This document shows, piece after piece, positions 57,123 to 64,000 of a DNA stretch of 64,000 bases. Location of the stretch: IMG/VR virus record IMGVR_UViG_3300006789_000019, positions 1,461 to 65,460 of that record; one strand, written 5' to 3'. Source of the DNA: a virus. Its lineage: Duplodnaviria > Caudoviricetes. Made by a program: the position numbers and the translations under genes. Below the pieces are notes generated by a model. The model did not search any database and was not told the DNA's origin. It worked only from the letters and a program-made list of their open reading frames with translations. Position 1 is the first letter of the stretch, and every line of letters begins with the position of its first letter.

Positions 57123-57467
57123 CTATTCCATTAATTTTTCAAGTTTGCGAATTTTTTTAAGTTTGCTATATTCTGTATTGTACTCTGTCATTGCAGCACT
57201 ATACGCACTAACAAGTGCATCTAAAAATTCACAAGTGTTTTTAATTTCAATCGGGTTTTGTTTTGAATCTTCTATAATAGAAGTATTTAGTTTCAAATCA
57301 ACCAGGGCTTTTACAAATGCAATAGTTTGTTGATTAGCTATAAACATGCCATTATTACAATGTACTGTACACAGTTGTTGTACTCTATTTTTAATATTTT
57401 GTTTTTGATTTGCTATTGTTTGGCTATAATTTCCAAATTCCAGAGCTTTTTGCAATCGTTCATCCAT
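57123..57467 (-). CDS. hypothetical phage protein
   Basis: AGGAG RBS; first gene after the sigma70 promoter. Confidence 0.75.
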   Translation of the reverse strand: MDERLQKALEFGNYSQTIANQKQNIKNRVQQLCTVHCNNGMFIANQQTIAFVKALVDLKLNTSIIEDSKQNPIEIKNTCEFLDALVSAYSAAMTEYNTEYSKLKKIRKLEKLME

Positions 57468-57496
57468 TCAGATAAATCTCCTATAAGTTAATTAGT

Positions 57497-57525
57497 ATTA
57501 TATAATAATTCGGCTTTTTAGTCAA
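57497..57525 (-). promoter_or_regulatory. sigma70 promoter TTGACT-N17-TATAAT
   Basis: Upstream of the GT-folA-thyA operon. Confidence 0.75.
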
Positions 57526-57531
57526 TGATTA

Positions 57532-58641
57532 TTAATGATTGACTAAGGTCCAAACTGTGTTTATACCCAGGACAGGAGCTACCCTGTCTTGAAATTGATA
57601 TGTTGTAGTATCCGCCGAAAATTTTGATTCAAACGTCGGGCTTGCTGCTAAATCGATATCTGTTGGTGTTTCCATTGGTAGGCGATAGCCAGTAACTAAA
57701 TCCAATGCAATATCAACTGTATTAGTACCTATATCTTCCTCGTCTAATATAACGGTAAATAACATTTCAAAAACACCACCTGGGGCTATTTCAGAACTTA
57801 GTAAATTAATTTTAAGTGTACATGCATCATATTCACCGCCACTATAGTCAGGCTGGCCGTATTCGCTGTAACCATACTCACCACCATACTCACCACCGCC
57901 ACCGGTATAATTTGTTTGTGATATTTTTACACTATATAATTCTGTATCAACTCCTGAAAATGCATCAAAGATTCCTTTATTAACTGACGGGATTGATTCT
58001 CCTGTATTAGTTGTGCTTATTGCGCCAACCCAAACCTCACCAATATAATTTAATGATTGGCTCCAGCCTCCGCCACGTGGGTTACCGCCAATGCCAGATA
58101 TATCAAAAATTATCGAGCCGCCACTATTAAAAAAGTATCTTGCTTCTGCATAATTAGTAAATGTCGCTTTAACTTTTGCATATGCATAATCGTCCCAATT
58201 TTCCAATGGATTATCATGTTCCACTTGCACTGCACCATCTAAGATATCAACAACAATGTCAGCAGTTGTAGTATTGAATCGTGTATTTTCAATACTACTA
58301 ATAAAAGAGTCAACAGTGACATAAGCGGCTGCTGGTATTTTATTACCAGCAAGTTTAAATGAACTACATAATGTATTAGATTCATCTATATGGTAAAGCC
58401 CAGCGTTTAACTGTGCTATAAGTTTATTAAGATGCAATGCTTCAATAGTTGTTGTTGGCGTAACAGGGACTTCAACTGATGCTTGACCCCATCCCTTGCT
58501 ATGACTATTTTTAGTGAGTACAGCTAAATCATTGAATGCATAACTTGTATCATCAGCCCAATAGGTATGGTACTCAGCAATTAATTCATTAAATTGCTCA
58601 GCTGTTATTAACTGCTTTTGTCCTATTGGTGGGTTAGCCAT
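57532..58641 (-). CDS. virion structural protein (tail/baseplate-associated)
   Basis: GWGQ, ARYFFNSGG; GGEY repeats; follows the tail genes. Confidence 0.65.
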   Translation of the reverse strand: MANPPIGQKQLITAEQFNELIAEYHTYWADDTSYAFNDLAVLTKNSHSKGWGQASVEVPVTPTTTIEALHLNKLIAQLNAGLYHIDESNTLCSSFKLAGNKIPAAAYVTVDSFISSIENTRFNTTTADIVVDILDGAVQVEHDNPLENWDDYAYAKVKATFTNYAEARYFFNSGGSIIFDISGIGGNPRGGGWSQSLNYIGEVWVGAISTTNTGESIPSVNKGIFDAFSGVDTELYSVKISQTNYTGGGGEYGGEYGYSEYGQPDYSGGEYDACTLKINLLSSEIAPGGVFEMLFTVILDEEDIGTNTVDIALDLVTGYRLPMETPTDIDLAASPTFESKFSADTTTYQFQDRVAPVLGINTVWTLVNH

Positions 58642-58644
58642 ACT

Positions 58645-59574
58645 TTATTTGGTCCCAACTACTACTTCTACTAGTCCAATACCTTCTGATGTTTTGTCCT
58701 CAAGAGCACGACCAACTATTCGATACCAGTCCATATATTCTTGCATTTCATAATCTGTAGGTGCTCTTGCAACACCAGGCTCTTCGCTTGACAACAATCG
58801 TTGACCTTTTTTAACTTGTCCAATAACTTTTACTGGTACTCGGCCTTCTAATGCTACTGCCACAGAAGTACCAGTAGCTTCACTGTTCATTAAATAAGCA
58901 GGATCTGTTGACACAATACCAAATACTTCAGGATCAAATGCTGATGTTGTTTGTGTTACTTCTGCCTCGCCACCAATCTTAACTACTGTGCCTGGTGCAT
59001 ATGCTGCATCACTTGCGTACATTTCTGCAAGGTCAGCATATTCAGCTGTTGTTGCTGTACCGTGAAATTTAAAACCAGTTGCAGTAGTCATTGTAATTCC
59101 AGACTTGATTGATGCAAAATTTGTAACTATTTCAGCAGGATTAATACCAGCAGTGGTATTAACTGTAAAATCAGCATCTGTCGAAATAATAAACGCAATT
59201 TCAGTTAAATCAGTGCCCGACTTGTATGCCACTGTTACTACGTGTTCAACACTTACATCGTCAACTATAGTCATAGTATCAAGAGCTGAACCAGGTACTC
59301 GTTGCCATTCTTTTGTTGAACCATTTATAACACAAGAGAAATATGATTTTTCACCCTTGTTATAATAAAGTTGGCCTTCGACAGCTTTGGCAATATCTGG
59401 TACTGTATTACTTGCACAATTTTCTAACAATTTTAGTTGGTTTTCCGCAATTGATTCTCCATAGCCAAACCAATTTTTACCTACAAATGTAAGATGTGTA
59501 TCAGTATTCAAAGTTCTATCTTGAACATCAATTGGTGTTGTAGTTTGATCAAAAAAGTTTATTTTATATGCCAT
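58645..59574 (-). CDS. tail fibre/baseplate protein with C-terminal peptidase-G2/IMC-like domain
   Basis: GKN..GYGE..AEN..KLLEN, GQLYY; YADLAE...PGTVV..GG...GIVST.PAYLMN...VAL.GRVPVKV.G. Confidence 0.75.
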   Translation of the reverse strand: MAYKINFFDQTTTPIDVQDRTLNTDTHLTFVGKNWFGYGESIAENQLKLLENCASNTVPDIAKAVEGQLYYNKGEKSYFSCVINGSTKEWQRVPGSALDTMTIVDDVSVEHVVTVAYKSGTDLTEIAFIISTDADFTVNTTAGINPAEIVTNFASIKSGITMTTATGFKFHGTATTAEYADLAEMYASDAAYAPGTVVKIGGEAEVTQTTSAFDPEVFGIVSTDPAYLMNSEATGTSVAVALEGRVPVKVIGQVKKGQRLLSSEEPGVARAPTDYEMQEYMDWYRIVGRALEDKTSEGIGLVEVVVGTK

Positions 59575-59577
59575 AAT

Positions 59578-60171
59578 TTAATTTCCCGCCCTAATACGTA
59601 ATGTGTAAATCACTTGAATTTTTCTATTTGCTGCTTTTTCAATTGGATGGAAAATTAAATGAGTAATGAATTTACCTGTTTTTAGTTTCAGTCCTATTTC
59701 ATCAAATACATAATCATCTTCCATATCAGTACCAGTATCATCGCTATTTTGGCCGCTTGGTTCAGTATAATCAAGCGTACTTGTGATTTTTATATCAGTA
59801 TAATGTTGGCCGTTTTCATGCTCAACTGAAATATTATTTTCATTATCAAATGGCGAAACATTGACAGCTTTTATATATGTTTCATTGTATAATTCACCAT
59901 CTGCACTAGTTGTATTTGGTGTATTATAAGTAATTGCACCCGTTCCAGACACCGCAGTGCCACCGTTACCATATGCCAATTTTTCAATATGGAATGGTTC
60001 GCCAGATGCTGTATCAACTGCATTAACTAAGCCGCCTGCCATAGCTTCACTCATATTTTCAAAGTTGATATGATTGTGTTTATCTAATAAAACTTCACCA
60101 CTATCAGCATCTTTAATTAATACATGACCGTCCATTTCTACTGTGGATTTGTCATTGAATGTGTTGTTCAT
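59578..60171 (-). CDS. baseplate/tail structural protein
   Basis: GHVLIKD..SGEVL.DK.N, FDEIGL, TH.IFHPIEK..NR.IQ..YTLRI. Confidence 0.7.
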   Translation of the reverse strand: MNNTFNDKSTVEMDGHVLIKDADSGEVLLDKHNHINFENMSEAMAGGLVNAVDTASGEPFHIEKLAYGNGGTAVSGTGAITYNTPNTTSADGELYNETYIKAVNVSPFDNENNISVEHENGQHYTDIKITSTLDYTEPSGQNSDDTGTDMEDDYVFDEIGLKLKTGKFITHLIFHPIEKAANRKIQVIYTLRIRAGN

Positions 60172-60193
60172 TTTTCATGTTCTCCGTTATATA

Positions 60194-60201
60194 TATTTAT
60201 G
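60194..60201 (-). promoter_or_regulatory. late promoter motif CATAAATA
   Basis: Intergenic, before the structural genes. Confidence 0.55.
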
Positions 60202-60202
60202 C

Positions 60203-63200
60203 TTAAATAGCAATGCCTTTTCCTTGATTTTTCATTACTAATGCTTCGTTACTAGTTGCCGACGGATCAACTAAACTATCGCCTGTGCCAACATCAAACA
60301 TACGTGATGTTGCCATAGTTACATAGTCATTAAAATCTAACCACGGTAATTCGTTATGCATTGCAAATTCGCTTGAGCTATCAAATGGTTGTAGCACAGA
60401 AGTATCTGAAATATCTATAATTTGTGTTCCGCTAGCATGGCTACCATTAATAGTTTCTCCATTGCTATGCATAACACCTTCAATTTGGTTTCCAGTTACA
60501 CCAAGATATGATATAACCTCACCGTTAATAAATGCCATACCGCCATGTGCTCTAAACACACTTGGGTCAGTAACTTCAATAGTAGTAGCAGTTCTTAAAG
60601 TATCTGCTGAAACTGTTGTGGCTTTTGCATCTTCTAATCCAAATGCTGCTAGTCTATGATCCTGTCCTATTACATATACATATGTACGTGAATCATTATC
60701 TACTGTAGCACCTGAACTATTTGTTATTACTTTAAAACTTGCTGATTCATCAATGATACCATTGTATGTAGATCGTCTCGCTACACCACTAGTGATATTA
60801 TAATTAGCTGGGATATCAAATCCGCCGCCGTTGATGCTATCAACTGGAGTTGACGTAAAGTCACCACCGTCTAAAACTGGTATAGCATATGCCGCGAAGG
60901 TTGTACTGTATGTTTCTACATCAGGACCAAATTCATCATTTATTTCATCTTCATACTTGATTTCTATAAATTTATTTACTGACTCTTCAGTAACATTTAT
61001 TTCTGCAATATCTAACACTCGATATTTGTCAAATACTGTTTTAATTTTTGTATGGAATGGCTTAACTTCGTTAATAAATCCTTCAAAAATATCTACATTA
61101 TTTTTATACAAGCGTTTTGGTAAACGATGTGATTGATTAGAAGTATTAATAGTAGTATCAATATTCAATTTAATAAATGTTGTTTTATAGAACCAATCAA
61201 CTTGTGTATGCAAGTTAGCAATATATCTAACTATACCAAAGAAGAAATTATTAAAGTTTTCTAAATAACTATCAATGAATAAATCATTTCTACATGCTTC
61301 TATAATATAATGTACATATCCACTTGGATCATGATCCCAAATACCATCCCAGCTTTGCATATCCCATGCAAATAAATTATTTCGATTCCATATTAAATCA
61401 TTGAATTGAATGGTTGCGTTTTTCTTTTTAACTAAATTCCAGCCAGTTCCTGACCATTGATACGTTGCTTCTTTTTGTAAGTTAGTACTAGTACAAACGG
61501 TTGATGGACCAACAATTACAACACTGTGCTTTGACGTATCAATATTAAGTAAATCATTATAAGTTGCTACACTGGCAGTGGCTGAAACTTCATTTGCCGC
61601 AAACGCTTGAGTAATATAATCAGCATAATGCCAAACTAAATTCATATCCCATCCAGAATCTTGAACCCATTCTGAACCAGTACATCTATATAATGTTTCA
61701 GTTTCAGTATTATAAAAACTCTCGCCTTGAAGATTATTATTAATTGGGTCCCAGTTAGTTGTCTTATAAAGTTCGAACTCTGCAGATGTTCCTGTTTCAG
61801 CATCTGCTGGAATGTCATAATAAATTTTTGTTAATGTTCGATCCCATTTACCATCAAGGTTGTCTACTATATTTTGATGAATCAATAATCTATTAATAAT
61901 ATCAACCGCTTCTCGTCTAGCATCTAAAGTATCTTTAAACCATGCTTGACTGTGTTTAACACCTGGATATTTATATTGTATACTGCGGTTATCACCATAT
62001 CGGTTAAACTCATGCAATGTTTTATCTGGTAATGGATTATTAGTAATTCGCTGTGTACCAACTAGATTATCCTGTAAACCTATATAGTAATAATCTGGAA
62101 TTAAATCACTAACTTCACTAATAGCAGTCCAACTACTATGTGATGCTAAATCTGGCTTGACGTTAACTTGTATAACACTGTTTACATCATTTACATAATA
62201 TGCTATATTATTCATTATAAATTTATATTGCGATATTGCTGCTGCCCATGGAATACCACTTGATGTTGGATCATTGATAATAGCAGCTATATTAATAGTT
62301 GCTAATGTTTTGTCAGTACTTGTAATTGTGTTTTTATTTGCTACCCAGAAATAATATACTGTGTCGTAACGACTAAAGTGATCGTTCCATACTGTATCTT
62401 CGGTATAATAATCTATGTATTCACTTGTAGCTTCATCATAAATTCTATATGCTTCACCAGATGCAATTGTACCATAATGATCGTTGCCTGCGGCTACTTC
62501 ATTTTCCCACTTGTCTGGTGTTACTGTTGATTTTGTCCATTCATATATATCAACGCTACTTGTATCTGCTTGCTTGCCCCAATTGTTTGCTGCATAATTC
62601 GCATCACCCTGTTTGTAATCAATATAAAATACTGTGCTTGTATCCCACCAAATTTTACCAACTTGATCATTGGTCCATGCATTGCGTTGATTAGTATTAT
62701 AATTAGTGTCATTAGACATATTGTAAACTGCTATATCCACTGGATATTTAAAGTCAATTTCACGATCAGCTACACCAGGAATAATTCCTTGTAGTGGATC
62801 AAATAATTCTAATTCAATAACTGTTTTCTGTTTGGCTGCATCATATAATCTAATATTTTCCAATACACTATTATCAACATATGTAGTGGTTGAACGATTT
62901 AATGTCACAGTGCCGTCACCATTGTACAGGTAACTGTATGTGCCAGGTGTTGGTGTTGGATCTGCACTTTCTGTTACCCATATTCTATCACCAGTAGCAA
63001 AGTTATAATCACTATTAGCAATAGCCATTGCTGAAATCATATCAGCATATGTGTTAAATCTTGCATTTCTGAATACAAATACTGCTTCAGCTCGCCCGTC
63101 TGTTTCAATAAATCTGTCAATGTAAAAACTATTAATATCTGTGGGTTCTAATGCAGTAACTTTATGTATACCAGATATTGTTGGCGTCGAAGTAGTATTT

Positions 63201-64000
63201 AATAACATCACATAATCGCCAACATTAACTGCTGATCTTGAATATGCATCATTACTACTATTAAATAATGATATCTTAGCATCATTACCATCAGAACTTA
63301 TATCGCCAGCGTCAATAGCTGCCCAGGCTGGAATACGTTGTGATTGTAATACATTCCAACTACTAAAGCTTGCTGTTATATTATTAATTGCTTTTCTTTC
63401 CATTTTGCTATCGTTTAAAATCCATGCATTAAACAATGCAGTATCTTCTGAAGATATATTAGTCCATTTCATTGGATCAAAACTATTACTAGTATTATCC
63501 GAGACACCCAGTATTCCAATTGGCAAGCCAGCTAATGAATTAAAGGATGTATCGCCTATATCCATTTGAACATCGACACCACTGTCTTTTTGTATTACAA
63601 TACGATTAGTTACTACTTGGGCTGTTACACCAGGAATCATAGCTAAATTAATGTCTGCTACTACTTCAGCAGCCGTCGAGTCAGTTGGTTGTTCCCAACT
63701 TGATCCAATTGCGTATGCGCTTAGTAAACCAAGTAATACCTGTGCTGTGCCACCAAAAGTTAGTTCACTACTTGCACCAAGTCCACTTGATGCTAATTTT
63801 GTAATTTGTATACTGTTGGCACTAGTGCCAACACTGTATGTGGCAGATGGTAGGGCAGCAGCAATTTGACCTTCAATATATGGCAGGTCTTGTAATGCAT
63901 CTTGTACTACCCAATGGGTAGTTACATTATATGTACCAGCTACTAATGCCATAGCACTGTTACCAGATGCTGTATCAATAGTCAATGGATCATATGACCC
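60203..64000 (-). CDS. large baseplate wedge-like structural protein, C-terminal part (start lies outside the window)
   Basis: Frame open to base 64000; DPLQG.IPG.AD.EI, W....VG..WWD, YEW..S...P, YYFWV.NK, INEVKPFHTKI. Confidence 0.75.
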   Translation of the reverse strand, partial: GSYDPLTIDTASGNSAMALVAGTYNVTTHWVVQDALQDLPYIEGQIAAALPSATYSVGTSANSIQITKLASSGLGASSELTFGGTAQVLLGLLSAYAIGSSWEQPTDSTAAEVVADINLAMIPGVTAQVVTNRIVIQKDSGVDVQMDIGDTSFNSLAGLPIGILGVSDNTSNSFDPMKWTNISSEDTALFNAWILNDSKMERKAINNITASFSSWNVLQSQRIPAWAAIDAGDISSDGNDAKISLFNSSNDAYSRSAVNVGDYVMLLNTTSTPTISGIHKVTALEPTDINSFYIDRFIETDGRAEAVFVFRNARFNTYADMISAMAIANSDYNFATGDRIWVTESADPTPTPGTYSYLYNGDGTVTLNRSTTTYVDNSVLENIRLYDAAKQKTVIELELFDPLQGIIPGVADREIDFKYPVDIAVYNMSNDTNYNTNQRNAWTNDQVGKIWWDTSTVFYIDYKQGDANYAANNWGKQADTSSVDIYEWTKSTVTPDKWENEVAAGNDHYGTIASGEAYRIYDEATSEYIDYYTEDTVWNDHFSRYDTVYYFWVANKNTITSTDKTLATINIAAIINDPTSSGIPWAAAISQYKFIMNNIAYYVNDVNSVIQVNVKPDLASHSSWTAISEVSDLIPDYYYIGLQDNLVGTQRITNNPLPDKTLHEFNRYGDNRSIQYKYPGVKHSQAWFKDTLDARREAVDIINRLLIHQNIVDNLDGKWDRTLTKIYYDIPADAETGTSAEFELYKTTNWDPINNNLQGESFYNTETETLYRCTGSEWVQDSGWDMNLVWHYADYITQAFAANEVSATASVATYNDLLNIDTSKHSVVIVGPSTVCTSTNLQKEATYQWSGTGWNLVKKKNATIQFNDLIWNRNNLFAWDMQSWDGIWDHDPSGYVHYIIEACRNDLFIDSYLENFNNFFFGIVRYIANLHTQVDWFYKTTFIKLNIDTTINTSNQSHRLPKRLYKNNVDIFEGFINEVKPFHTKIKTVFDKYRVLDIAEINVTEESVNKFIEIKYEDEINDEFGPDVETYSTTFAAYAIPVLDGGDFTSTPVDSINGGGFDIPANYNITSGVARRSTYNGIIDESASFKVITNSSGATVDNDSRTYVYVIGQDHRLAAFGLEDAKATTVSADTLRTATTIEVTDPSVFRAHGGMAFINGEVISYLGVTGNQIEGVMHSNGETINGSHASGTQIIDISDTSVLQPFDSSSEFAMHNELPWLDFNDYVTMATSRMFDVGTGDSLVDPSATSNEALVMKNQGKGIAI

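Noticed and set aside
1614-63869. Numerous short ORFs in the track that overlap longer genes (e.g. 11915..12391, 34786..35337, 54027..54449, 51232..51621)
   Set aside because: They are antisense or alternate-frame shadows of well-supported genes, with no recognisable motifs.
1-64000. CRISPR array, tRNA/rRNA genes, transposases, integrase, introns or inteins
   Set aside because: No spaced direct repeats, cloverleafs or mobile-element motifs were seen by eye and intergenic gaps are short; a tRNAscan/Infernal run would be needed to fully exclude RNA genes.

Overview
This AT-rich, gene-dense 64 kb window looks like part of a large (jumbo-type) myovirus genome, and almost all genes lie on the minus strand. 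The phage call rests on a T4-type RNase H, a sliding-clamp-like protein, a MoxR AAA+/VWA pair, tdk/folA/thyA, baseplate and tail-fibre-type genes at the right end, near-consensus sigma70 promoters and (T/G/C)ATAAATA late-type promoters. I saw no rRNA, tRNA, CRISPR array or transposase. Four metabolic blocks stand out. (1) A 7-deazaguanine DNA-modification neighbourhood (about 10.8-23.7 kb): metK, queE, folE, a TGT/DpdA-like transglycosylase and a QueD paralogue with an LxxxHRHxF motif, interleaved with a GT-B glycosyltransferase, a purine phosphoribosyltransferase, a MazG-like pyrophosphatase and a nucleotidyltransferase-cupin fusion. No QueC or QueF is present in the window, so this is a candidate pathway to an undescribed, possibly glycosylated, deazaguanine. 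(2) A methyltransferase-TctC-TctA-oxygenase-P-loop module (about 29-34 kb) with a structured, apparently bistable leader before tctC. (3) A glycan-tailoring island (about 34.8-52 kb): carbamoyltransferase, five Stf0-like sulfotransferases, two of the window's three UDP-sugar dehydrogenases, and branched/amino-sugar enzymes partly on the opposite strand. (4) A SAM economy of MetK, an MTA/SAH nucleosidase and four twitch/SPASM radical-SAM enzymes. All calls come from motif reading only; no database searches were run.
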